Below are positions 46,990-64,000 of a stretch of 64,000 nucleotides of DNA, piece by piece. The stretch spans positions 99,572,001 through 99,636,000 of the forward strand of contig NC_135884.1 in the NCBI RefSeq assembly GCF_964194155.1, in the 5' to 3' direction. Below the pieces are notes generated by a model, which worked only from the letters and a program-made list of their open reading frames with translations, searched no databases and was not told the DNA's origin. The translations under genes and the position numbers were made by a program. Positions within the stretch are counted from its first letter, which is position 1. Every line of letters begins with the position of its first letter. The DNA is from Cetorhinus maximus. Lineage: Eukaryota.

Positions 46990-48016
46990 AAGAATATCTA
47001 TATCATAGAATTCAAATAAAATAATTAGCAGCTGTTTATCGTTGTCAGAGTTTTTCTTGTAATTGAAGTACATGAGAACTGAGGTGTTAGTAAGAATGCC
47101 TTTGAGCAGAAACTAAATACTTCACAGGGAAACAGATGTACGGCTGGAGTAGTGACATAGTAATGTCCCATCACCAATATTATGAGCAGGGATGACGAGA
47201 GCCCCCAGCCGCAAGCGCAGCTCCAGTTTTTGAGTTTTTGATGTGTTGATAAAGTGTTATAGCATCAGGTCAAGCAGAGACAAGGAAACTTCCTGCTGAT
47301 TATCACCTACTGTCCACCTTCAGCTGAGGAATCAGTACCCCTCTCTGTTGAACCTTACTCAGGAGAAGCATTGAGGGTTAGCAAGGGCACAGAATGCACT
47401 CTGGGTGGGGGGTTTCAATGTCCATTATCAAGGATGGCTCAGTAGCATCACTGCTGGCCAACTCCTGAGATCAGGGGGAAAACTTTCCACTGGTTGGAAT
47501 CATACCTTGTACAAAGGAAGATAGCTGTCGTTGGCAGAGACCAATCATCTCAGCCCCAGGGCACCACTGCAGGAGTTCCCCTGGGCAGCAGCCAATGTCC
47601 AACCATCTTCAAGTGCTTCATTAACTTCCCTCATCATAATGTCAGCGTGCTGATGATTGCATAGTATTAGTTCCATTTGCACTTCTCAGATACTGAAGCA
47701 GTCCATACCCACCTACAGCAAGGTCTGGATAACATTCAGGTTTTGAATGTCCTTGACATTCATTGGCGTTACCATTGCTGAATCACCTACATCTTGGGGT
47801 TATCGTTGACTAAAAACTTAATTGGGCCAGCCACGTAAATACTGAGGCTACAAGGGCAAGTCAGGTGTGTGATGGAATACTCTCCACTTGCCTAGATGAA
47901 TGAAGCTCCAACAACACTGAGAAAGCTCAGCACCATTCAGGGCAAAGTAGCCTGCTTGATCAGCACTACCATCAACCACCTTAAACATTCACTCACTCTA
48001 TCACCAGTGCAACATG

Positions 48017-49433
48017 GGGCTGAATTCTCCGTTCGGCAAGCAGGGGCGGGGCCTACTCGGCGACACGTAAAATGGTGCACGGTGGTGTTGGGCGGGCATC
48101 CCGATGTCACCGAGCGTCATTTAGATTTCCAGCGCGGCGGGTGCGCAGCCAACTCGGCTCTGTGCCTCACCAAACTGTCAAAGACCTATTAAAGCCTGTT
48201 AAAAACTAATTTAAGCAATTAAATGAGCTGCCTGTCCAACTGTAAGGTTGGCGGGCTGGCGGAGAGCCCAGGTGGCCTTCGCATTTTTCATGAAACCTCA
48301 TCCACAAGTTTGATGAGGTTTCATGAAACGTTTTAAAATTCAATAAAAACTTTAAAAATAATTCTTTGACATGTCCCAGCTCATGTGACAGGGCAGAATT
48401 TTGCCCTTGATGGGTGGGCAGGCCCCACCGGCTCGGCGACGGGCGGGCAGCCGATAGCCGCCACCGAAACAGGCCCCGCCGCCATTTTAAGCAGTCAGCC
48501 AATTAAAGCCCAGCAGCCTGCCCAACAGGAAGAGCTATGTGCTTCCTGTGTTGGGGGTGGGGAGGGAATCCCCAACTGTCAAAGTGCGCTCTTTCGCGCA
48601 TGTGTGTGAAACAGCGGACAGCTCTCTGAGACTAAGTGCTGTCTCAGGGAGATTACTGACAGTCTAAAAAACTTTAAAAATAGAAAAATAAAAAAATTAT
48701 TAACATGTCCCCCTCATGTGAAAATGTCACACGAGATGGGACATGCTAATAAATATGGCTAAAACTTTATTAAACTTTGTAAAAACAGACATGAAACCTC
48801 ATCCCGCCAATGGATGATGTTTCGTGTTTGTTCAGAAGCCCGCTGGGGCTCCTGGCCTACCCGCCAGCCTTAAGGTTGGACGGGCAGGGCCTTTAATTGC
48901 CGTAATGATCCTGTCAATGGCCTCAATTGGCCATTGACAGGTCGGCGGGCCCGCAGCTGATTTCGCTGACCGCCCGCCTTTCTGAATATTTAAATTGGGT
49001 GGGATGACATTGGGGATTCCCCCTGATGTCATCCTGCATTATTTTACGTATCAGCGAGCGGTCCCCGCCCCCAACTCGCCGACAGAAAAATTCAGGCCAG
49101 AGTGTCACATGAGGGGGCATGGTTTAAAAGTTTTTAATTATTTTATTTCAGTTTTTAATATATCAAACTGATCTCCCTGAGGTACCTCTGTGCCTCAGGG
49201 AGATTTCTGCGCTCTTTCATGTGCATGCGCGAAAGAGCGCAGGCCCCGACTCAGGGAATGTCCCCCCCCCCACCCACATAGTGCTTTTGGGCGAGCATCA
49301 TGCTGGGCGGGCCTTAATTGGCCCACCCACGTAAAATGGAGGTGTGACCCCAATATGGGGTGCTGATTGGGTTAATGCCCACCCCTGCCTGCCCCCCACA
49401 CAACTCCCCCTCAAAGGTTGGAAAATTTTTTCC
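48017..49433. mobile_element. Nested MITE pair, unit 3 (inner 48391-49098)
   Basis: Copy of 24590-26004. Confidence 0.85.
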
Positions 49434-50130
49434 ATGGTTTCAGAGTGTGCTATCTACAAAGTGCATTGTAACAACTCACCAAGCACCATTTTGACAGCAC
49501 CTTCCAAACCTGTAAACTCTACCACCTAGAAGAACAGGGACAGTAAGCACATGGAAGCACCACCACCTGTCTTTCAAGCTGCAAACCATCCTGATTTGGA
49601 ACTTCACTGTCACTGGGTCAAAACCTCTGAACTCCCTCCCTATCACAACACTGTGGAAGCACCTTTAGCACACAGACTGCAGTGTTCAAGAAGGCAGTTG
49701 CCGACCATCTACTAGGGCATTTAGGGGTAGGTAATAAACACTGTCCTTGCCAGTGATATCCACATCCGTAAATAAATTAAAAGAAACACACCCAAAACTG
49801 ATTGTTACTCGGCAAAGTAAGGCCACACATCATTTTGGAATACAATACAATTTTCAAAAGTACAACAATTCCATGAGGCCTTGCTCCATGTACAGCTAAT
49901 TAAGGTAGTTCACATTAAATAATAACTTTACTATAGAAGCGATATGAGAGCTGCATCATGATCACCCATTTTCCCTGTAACCTATGGCCAGGTAGCCAGG
50001 CAGAAACCACTGAGAACTGCAATGACAAAAGCCTGAACTGTCTCCATTCACAGTGGGAAAGAAGAGAGTGTTTATCAAAGTGAATTCCATTGCCCAACTG
50101 AGATGGCCAAAGTTTAGAGTATAATTTATT

Positions 50131-51197
50131 TTTTATTCATTCACGGGATGTGCGTTTCGCTGACTAGGCCGGCATTTATTGCCCATCCCTAGTTGCCCAT
50201 GAGAAGGTGATGGTGAGTTGCCTTCTAAAACCGCTGCAGTCTATGTGGTGTAGGTACACCCACAGTGCTGTTAGGAAGAGGGTTCTAGGATTTTGACCCA
50301 GCGACAGTGAAGGAATGGCGATATATTTCCAAGTCAGGATGGTGAGTGACTTGGAGGGGAACGTCCAGGTGGTGGTGTTCCCATGTACCTGCTGCCCTTG
50401 TCCTTCTAGATGGTAGTGGTCGTGGGTTTGGAAGGTGCTGTCTAAGGAGCTTTGGAGAATTTCTGCAGTGCATCTTGTAGATGGTACACACTGCTGCTAC
50501 TGTGCATCAGTGGTGTAGGGAACGAATGTTTGTGGATGTGGTGCCAATCAAGTGGGCTTTGTCCTGGACGGTGTCCAGCTTCTTGAGTGTTGTAGGAGCT
50601 GCACTCTTCCAGGCAAGTGGGTAGTATTCCATCACACTCCTGACTTGTGGCTTGCCACTTGTCAGCCGATGCCTGGATATTGTTAAGGTCTTGCTGCATA
50701 TGGACATGGACTGCTTCAGCATCTGAGGAGTCACAAATGGTGCTGAAAATTGTGCAATCCTCAGATCATCAGCGAACATCCTCACTTCTGACCTTATGAT
50801 GGAAGGAAGGTCATTGATGAAGCAGCTGAAGATGGTTGGGCCTAGGACACTACCCTGAGGAACCTCTGCAGTGATGTCCTGGAGCTGAGATGACTGACCT
50901 CCAACAACCACAACCATCTTCCTTTGTGCTAGGTATGACTCCAATCGTCAGAGAGTTTTCCCCCTGATTCCCATTGACTCCAGTTTTGCTTGGGCACCTT
51001 GATGCCACACTCGGTCAAATGCTGCCTTGATGTCAAGGACAGTCACTCACCTCACCTCGGGTTCAGCTCTTTTGTCCATGTTTGAACCAAGTCTGTTATG
51101 AGGTCAGGAGCTGAGTGATCCTGGCAGAACCCAAACTGGGCATCAGTGAGCAGGTTATTGCTAAGCAAGTGCCACTTTGAAGCACTGTTGATGACCC
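50131..51197 (-). mobile_element. CR1/L2-type LINE fragment, unit 3
   Basis: Copy of 38117-39183 with the same 247-bp deletion. Confidence 0.88.
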
Positions 51198-51623
51198 CAA
51201 TGGGGAATTGTTCACTTTATTCCAATTCCCCATTGCTCAGGTTACTGAAGATCCATTAACTTTGCTTTGAAGTTCAAAAGGTTTACATTTAAAACAATTT
51301 TTGGTCCATGCTGTAACAGTGAAGTTTATATCCACAGATTCGCACTTGCTGATCTTGACCAGGCTGTGAGGTAATGATTGAGATGAAGCATTCCTTCACA
51401 GGAAAGAAGGGAAGTCAAGGTGTCTATTCTCAATGGCCAGTAACAGAGCAACATATACAGAAAGGAGTCTGGTGAATGCAATCACTAAGGTTTAGAACCA
51501 CAAAGATCTCATAGCCTGCTAACCAAATTATATTTTATAAAAATTCCCTATAATAGCACCAGCTTGGATCTGTGTAGCACTGACCTGTGTTGGGTGTTTA
51601 AACCCATGGACAAGCACACTTCG

Positions 51624-52975
51624 GTGCAGTATTGAAAGAGTGCTACATTATTGAAGGGTGCTGCACTATTGGAGGTGCTACATTATTGAAGGAGTGCTGC
51701 ATTATTTGAGGTGTGCTGCATTATTAGAGGAGTGCTGCTTTATTGGAGGAGTGTTGCATTATTAGAGGAGTGCTGTATTATTGGAGGAGTTCTGCGTTAT
51801 TGAAGGAGTGCTGCATTATTGGAAGAGTGTGGCATTATTGGCATTACTGAAGGAGTGCTGCATTATTGGAGGAGTGCTGCATTATTGGAGGAGTGCTGCA
51901 TTATTGGAGCATTGCTGCATTTTTGAAGGAGTCTTGCATTATTGGAGGAGCACTGCATTATTGAAGTAGTGTTGCATTATTGGAGGAGTGCTGCATTATT
52001 GGAGGAGTGCTGCATTATTGAAGGAGTACTGCATTATTGGAGGTGCTGCATTATTGGAGGAGTGTTGCATTATTGGAGGAGTGCTGCATTATTGGAGGTG
52101 CTGCATTATTGGAGGAGTGCTGTATTATTGGAGGAGTGCTGCATTACTGAAGGAATGCTGCATTATTGGAGGAGTGTTGCATTATTGGAGGAGTGCTGCA
52201 TTTTTGAAAGAGTCCTGTATTATTGCAGGAGCGGTGCATTATTGGAGAAGTGCTGCATTATTTGAGATGCTGCATTATTGAAGGAGTGCTGCATTATTGG
52301 AGGAGTGCTGCATTATTGAAGGAGTGTTGCATTATTGGAGTGCTGCATTGTTGGATTATTGAAGGAGTGCGTTGTTGAAAGAGTGCTGCATTATTGGAGG
52401 TGTGCTGCATTATTGAAGGAGTGCTGCATAATTGGAGGAGTGATGCATTATTGGAGGAGCACTGCATTACTGAAGGAGTGCTACATTATTGAAGGAGTGC
52501 TGCATTATTGCATGAGTGCTGCATTATTGAAGGAGTGCTGCATTATTGGAGCAGTACTGTATTATTGAAGGAGTGCTGCATTATTGCAGGAATGCGGCAT
52601 TGTTGGAGGTGTGCTGCATTATTGAAGGAGCATTGCATTATTGGAGGAGAGCTGCATTATTAAAGGAGTGCTGCATTATTGGATTATTGAAGGATTGCAT
52701 TATTGGAGGAGTGCTGCATTATGGAAGGAATGCTGCATTATTGGAGGAGTGCTGCATTATTAGAGGAGTGCTGCATTATTGGAGGTGCTGCATTATTGAA
52801 GGGGTGCTGCATTATTGGAGGAGTGCTGCATTATTGAAGGGGTGCTGCATTATTGAAGGGGTGCTGCATTATTGGAGGAGTGCTGCATTATTGGAGGTGC
52901 TGCATTATTGAAGGGGTGCTGCATTATTGAAGGGGTGCTGCATTATTGGAGGAGTGCTGCATTATTGGAGGTGCT
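51624..52975 (+). repeat. 19-bp minisatellite, unit 3, ~1352 bp
   Basis: 57 bp (3 units) shorter than in unit 2; the inter-unit offset changes from 12014 to 11957. Confidence 0.95.
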
Positions 52976-53751
52976 CCATTTTAGATACACAGATGAAAGG
53001 AAGAGATCCCACAGTACAATTTAAAGAAGAGTTGGAGAATTATCCCTTTCACCACAGCAAAAAAAGACGATTAGCTGGTTGTTTATCTCACTGCTGTTTG
53101 TGGAATCTTGAGCAAATTGCTTTGCCTAAATAACAAAAGTGATGAGACCTTTTTTTAAAAAAGGTCATTTATTCACTACAAATTATTTTGGGAAATGCTG
53201 GGGACCTGAAAGATGTTTTATAAATGTAAGTTATTTAATTTCTATCTACAATCTAGGTCAATCTCTACTAATGCCTTACTTGTATACTTGTATATAAAAC
53301 TTGGAAGTAAATTATGGTGAGTTTATTGTAATTATGTTGCTTGTTGCATAACAACTTGAAATATGCAATTTTATCCACTACCTTCAAAATAGTCAGGTGT
53401 AAAAAAAATCTTCCATTAGTTGAATTTATTTGCTACCTAGTAAAATGGAAACTTTTTCAAGGCCATATTCTTTTATATCTGTTTGGACATCTATTATTTC
53501 TTAGATATGTGCCTTTGACTTTTGATTAATCATCTATATTCTTTCCGTTGAACGGCTTGAATGTACCCACAGTTTTTTTTTCACCTAGTGATATTTTTAC
53601 TCATTTATTCACATACCCTGCAATTAATTAGTTTACTTTAGAAGAAGTATAGATTGAGTAAATGCTCAGAATTCTATCTACTAGATATCCAACGTCACAG
53701 CTCAACTATATAAAGTCATAGCTGTAACCATCAAACCCTCGAACTAAAGCC

Positions 53752-58946
<5,195 letters not shown>

Positions 58947-59309
58947 AAGAATATCTATATCATAGAATTCAGATAAAATAATTAGCAGCTGTTTATCGTT
59001 GTCAGAGTTTTTCTTGTAATTGAAGTACATGAGAACTGAGGTGTTAGTAAGAATGCCTTTGAGCAGAAACTAAATACTTCACAGGGAAACAGATGTACGG
59101 CTGGAGTAGTGACATAGTAATGTCCCATCACCAATATTATGAGCAGGGATGATGAGAGCCCCCAGCCGCAAGTGCAGCTCCAACCCTTGAGTTCTTGATG
59201 TCAATATATCACCATGTGAAAGGGTTGAGTTGATGCGAGGAGCTTCCACACAGGTGCAGGGACAGCAGCCAGAGGCAGACTTATCGACAAACACAGTAAC
59301 AACAACACA

Positions 59310-60340
59310 CCATTCAGTCACTTAAGCATGTTCCACCATTCAATTCAATCATTGTTTAGTATCTCAACTCCATTTACCCTTTTTGGTTCCATATCCTTTG
59401 CTTAACATGTATCTGATGATCTCAATTTCGAAATTTTCATTTAGTCTTGCCTTAACAATGATTTGATGGAGAGAGTTTCAGATTTTCACTATCCTGTACT
59501 GAAGAAGTGCTTTCTGAACTCATCCCTGATAGGCCTAGCTCTGATTTTGAGATACTGCCATCTTGGTTCTGGACCCTCCTGCCATACGAAGTCATTTCTC
59601 TCCATCTACAACATCAAACCCTTTCAGTATCCTTAACACCTGAATGAGATTACCCTTTAACCTTCCAGACTTGAGGAAATACAAGCTCTGTCTTTGCAAT
59701 CAGTCCTCATAATTTAACCATTTTAGCCTCACTATTATTCTGGTGAATGTGTGTTGTACCCCCTCCAATGCTCTGCACTGAATCCAATTCTCCAGATGCA
59801 AACTAAGCAGTTTATACAACTTGTAACTTTCACCTTGTTGTAATACAGCCCTCTTGAGATTAAAGTTAACATTCCATTAGCTTTTGTAAATATATTTTGG
59901 ACCTGATCATTAGTTTTTTGTGATTTCTGTACATGGGTTCTTTAATCTGCCTGCTCCTCCACAATTTCTAGCTTCTTACCATTTAGAAATTACCCTGGTC
60001 GATAGTTCTTAGATCCAAAGTAGATGACCTCTCACTTATGCATATTGAACTCTATCTGCCACACTTTTGTCTAATCACTTAATCTATCAATGTGCCTTTG
60101 TAACTTTCTGCTCCCAACTACACTAATTACTGTGTCACCTACCTTAGAGTCATCATCAAATTCAGATATACAGCTCTCTATTCCTTCATTCAAGTCATTG
60201 ATAAATATAGTGAAAAGTTGAGGCTCCAGTATAGATCATTAAGGACACACCCTAACGATTGCCCATTATCCTCACTCTTTGCCTCCTATCCGTTAACCAA
60301 TTCCCTACCCATGTCAAGAGATTGCCTCCAATTTCATGAT
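59310..60340 (-). mobile_element. Old degenerate CR1 LINE fragment
   Basis: Patchy similarity to 2990-3930, for example GAGAGTTTCAGATTTTCACTATCC and GTCATCATCAAATTCAGATA (the ADD motif region on the minus strand). Confidence 0.65.
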
Positions 60341-61320
60341 CCCCCCTACCGCCATTTTTTTTGATAACAGGACATCTCCAGACTGCCAGCTTCAGAGATG
60401 TGCTGGATGGTAATTCAGAGTGAGTTAATCACAAATTGGTGGTTCACACATCAAAAAACTATCGTGCAAAAAGGAAAGTTCCTCTGCAAATCCACACTGA
60501 TATTATGGGCTGTTTACCATTATCTTCTGTGACCAGGACATCTGATGCTACTTCTGTCCGATGCATTTCTTTCTAAGATTGAAATGGCTGTAGCTGATTA
60601 AATTTAATTTAATTATTGGACTATGATGTAATTTTACATTGACTTAAAAGCAAACCTCAAATTTATACAAAAAATGACTCTGGCAAATTTGTCCACACAA
60701 CCCACAGGTGCTGAAATGATAGCTGCAATTTTAAGTAAGGGGTTGAGTTCAGCAAGACTCAGCAAGGCGGGCATCAAGTTTCATATGGTCCCTCTGGAGT
60801 GAGGTCCCACCATTTTAATTCCTAGACCTCATCTTCACCTAGCTGAAGAGTCCCTGCTTATTCCCAACAGGAGTAAGCCCTTGACTGATGGGCAGAAACA
60901 GGGTAGCTGGTGGTGAGAGGCCACCACTGGTGATCCTTGGAAGCAGTCCATGGCAGGCACTCAGTGCTTTGGGGTGGTGGGGGAATCTGGAGGTGAACGT
61001 GTCTGAAGAGATGGGGAGGCCAATGACACTTTGGAGGGGCCCAGAGGCACTCCTGTTCATCCTGGTCACATGGAAGCATTAAAAAGCTAAATATTACCTT
61101 TGATTGGTGTCAGTTTTCTCTCTGACAAGGCACTCCGGACTCCAAATGCGCAACTGCACATTAAATTTATGTCAAAGCCCTTCTTAAGTCATTAGACCCA
61201 CTGTTTGCATATCTATAAGACTCTTACCTGTCTCCAGGGAAAGCTGCCATGGCTGCCCAAAACGTGCCCGTTACATAGCATGGAATGCAAGTGTGGCACA
61301 AATAAGGTGAGTATGCCATA

Positions 61321-61460
61321 AAAACAAAAAACTGCGGATGCTGGAAATCCAAAACAAAAACAGAAACAGAAATACCTGGAAAAACTCAGCAGGTCTGGCA
61401 GCATCGGCAGAGAAGAGCACAGCTGACATTTCGAGTCCTCATGACCCTTCAACAGAACTA
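61321..61460 (-). mobile_element. Penelope terminal-repeat fragment with hammerhead-like motif
   Basis: Reverse complement of about 11105-11245, including CTGTTGAAGGGTCATGAGGACTCGAAA. Confidence 0.8.
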
Positions 61461-62378
61461 AGTAAAAATAGGAAATGGCCTAATGCTAAACCCCCGAAAT
61501 TCCACATTTTTGGGAGGGTGTGATGGTTTGAATATCTGAATACATTGAATAAAGGAGTGATGGTAGCTCCCATGTGTAAAAAAAAATCCAATGCTTCACA
61601 AATCAGCAACAAGTTTCAGCAAAAATGGTAATATTAGTAAAGCACTAAACTAAAATTTTATTGTATGCTATTTGTTCAAAAGCTACTGTACAATATAAGC
61701 AAAATATATATAATAGTCACTTACAAAGTCAATGTGAAAACAAAATCCTGTAACTTCATATCCACCTTCTGTTTTTGTTAAAATTTAAATCAAACTTCCG
61801 TTTAAAAGTCTCTTAGCACAATATGTTCTACTTGCTAGTTTTATTGTACATAGAGTTGCCTCTAATCATGGTTCTCAGACCCTTATCTCTGACTCAACAA
61901 TCTCTCAAGGACTTTCCAGTTACCAGTAGAGAAAGTAGGACTACTCAACCTTCTGCTGAAAGGAACATGTGTAACCCTCCCACAGCCCTTGTTCAGTCCA
62001 CTGCCATCATTTGGACTGTTATGCTACTTAATCGAATTGCATTATTTTAATTAACACATTAGAACAGGTACAAAAACCATCAAATTTTGTTGGGAAAAAT
62101 ATTTCTGCAAGTGTCATTAAGCTTCTAGGAGGAAGTATTGAATTGACCAGGAAATTTATATACATCGTTACTTGTCAGTGACAAAGAAGATTTACATTTA
62201 CTGCACATCCTTGATGATTTCTGTTGACTGATAAAGGTGCAGAGTGTTTCTATCAGTGCACTATTTCAGGAGCATAATATAGGTCATTTTTTAACTCACT
62301 GGGTTACAAAAAGAAAATTTGCATATTTATATGTCGCCTTCCACAATTTCAGGATGTCTCAGAGTGCTTCACAGCCAA

Positions 62379-64000
62379 GGGCAGAATTTTACCACCTTAG
62401 TCCTTGCTGGAACAACTGGACCATTTTCAGACCAGGAATCCGAATCTGTGATTTGCGCACTATGTCCCAAAATAAACGAATTAGCAGCCTGCTTCCGGGT
62501 TCCCTGACCAATCAGGGAGGACAGGTAGGATGACGTGCCAAATGCAGCAATGATGAATCTCTATTTAAAGGGTCCCTGGCTGGACTCACAATGACAGCAG
62601 TGTTTGGCGGTAAAAGTTCACTGTGAATGAGGAAAGAGCTGCAACATGGATGGCAGGTGTGGAAAGGTTATGCCCTCTGGTTCACGAAGTCCTCTCTGGA
62701 GGTGATTCAAGCAGTGAGGATACAGAGAGAAGTCTTCTTCCCAGATCATGGCAGAAGGAGGCCAGGCAGCTCCACCAAACAGGAATGTTATCAAGCTGCA
62801 GAGCAGCTGGTTTGGTTTTGAGGACCTGGATTAGTGCCAGGAAAGATTAGTTGACCTCACAAGCTCTGGCAAGGTGAGTGTCTCAGCTGGCAACCATCAC
62901 TCTCTCACCTCCCTAGCATTTACCTCTGATAGACACACCTGGCTGTCACACACCTTTACTTCTCTCTAGTCTCCTCCTCAAATCTCCATCTCAACAGACA
63001 ACACTGACCCCACCTCATCCTATTGCCTTCTCATACCCATTCCTCACAATCACCCTCCTGAAGGGTTAGCCTTCTATCCTCAGCAATCAGTATACTTCTC
63101 ACAATCCCCACTCTCTGCCTTTTCTCATTGGAGGAGAAGAGAGCCCACAATTCGAGGGAGAGGCAGAGAATCAGGGATTGGAGCTGTAGCCATGGCTACC
63201 GTGACCTTGATGGAGCAGGCAGGATGGTAGCAGTAAAGGCCATTTCTGATGGAGACTTGAAGGTGGTGAAGAGACCTGATGACAGCATTTGATATCACAC
63301 TATCACTTGGCACCTCACTGTCACTCATGTTGCATTAATGTCACTGATATATTAAATGCCTTGATCTGTACAATGCTAACTTGAAGCCCTAGTTCACCTA
63401 CTTTTAATACTAACTCATGTCTTCCATCTCCCACAGGTACATTAATGCTCCCAACAGAGGTGATGAAGGACGAGCACGAGGAGACTTCAGAGTGTCACAT
63501 GGCTCCTGTGTAGCCTCCACCAGTGCAAATACACAGACAACAGTGGGTCCAGCATCACAGATTGGTAGGATGGCACATGGTGAGGAGGACATCACAGGTG
63601 AACAGGAGCAGGTGCTGGAGACAGGAACAGCAGTGGAGAGTCCGTCGGAGACTGCAGGAGACTTCAAGCTCTGTTCAGATGGACACAGACGCTGACTCTT
63701 GAGTAAACGGGTACTTGTGGAGCAGGAACAGGAAATGCCTGTGCTTCCATTGGTATTTCCAGGGGCAGTGTGCACCTTAGTACAGAAAATGGAGGAGGCT
63801 ATCTCAAGCATGAGTGCCATGATGTCTCAGGCATTTATACTGATCACCACCTCCATTGAAAGAGTGGTTAACCTCATGGAGAATCAGATGTGATAGGCCA
63901 CTAAGTACATGATGGCCCACACCAATGGCCTGCACACTATGGATGTCAATTTATAGAACATTGATCAAATTCTCGCATTGGTTGAACATACAGCCTACTA
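62379..64000 (+). mobile_element. Decayed PIF/Harbinger-derived element with Myb/SANT-like gene remnants, running off the window
   Basis: Starts GGGCAGAATTTT and truncates a SINE tail (62315-62378). Frameshifted RTWI..C...DLTSSGK|GT at 62821-62875 and EKRAHNSRERQR at about 63133-63168. Confidence 0.6.

Overview
Repeat-rich vertebrate genomic DNA. The repeat families (CR1/L2-type LINEs, tRNA-headed SINEs, Penelope elements, Harbinger-type MITEs) suggest a cartilaginous fish; this is an inference. The window holds four intact, 7-exon, + strand chymotrypsinogen (CTRB/CTRL-family) genes. One is a divergent single-copy gene (8970-14250, 264 aa). The other three are near-identical copies (29801-34994, 41795-46989, 53752-58946; 265 aa), each inside a head-to-tail tandem unit of 11.4-12.0 kb spanning about 23822-59200. 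The triplicated paralog has two extra cysteines (chymotrypsin numbering 74 and 153) that may form a sixth disulfide, plus two N-glycosylation sequons. The middle copy looks like an unequal-crossover hybrid, and the last copy has lost its AATAAA. A 19-bp VNTR that grew inside a SINE lies about 780 bp upstream of each triplicated ATG. The rest is layered mobile DNA: Penelope elements with hammerhead-like motifs (one forming a perfect 97-bp-arm hairpin), about 0.7-kb multi-hairpin MITEs with 3-bp TSDs (one nested in another), and decayed Harbinger Myb/SANT remnants. Almost all entries in the ORF track are spurious or transposon debris. Everything was read by eye, so repeat boundaries are approximate.
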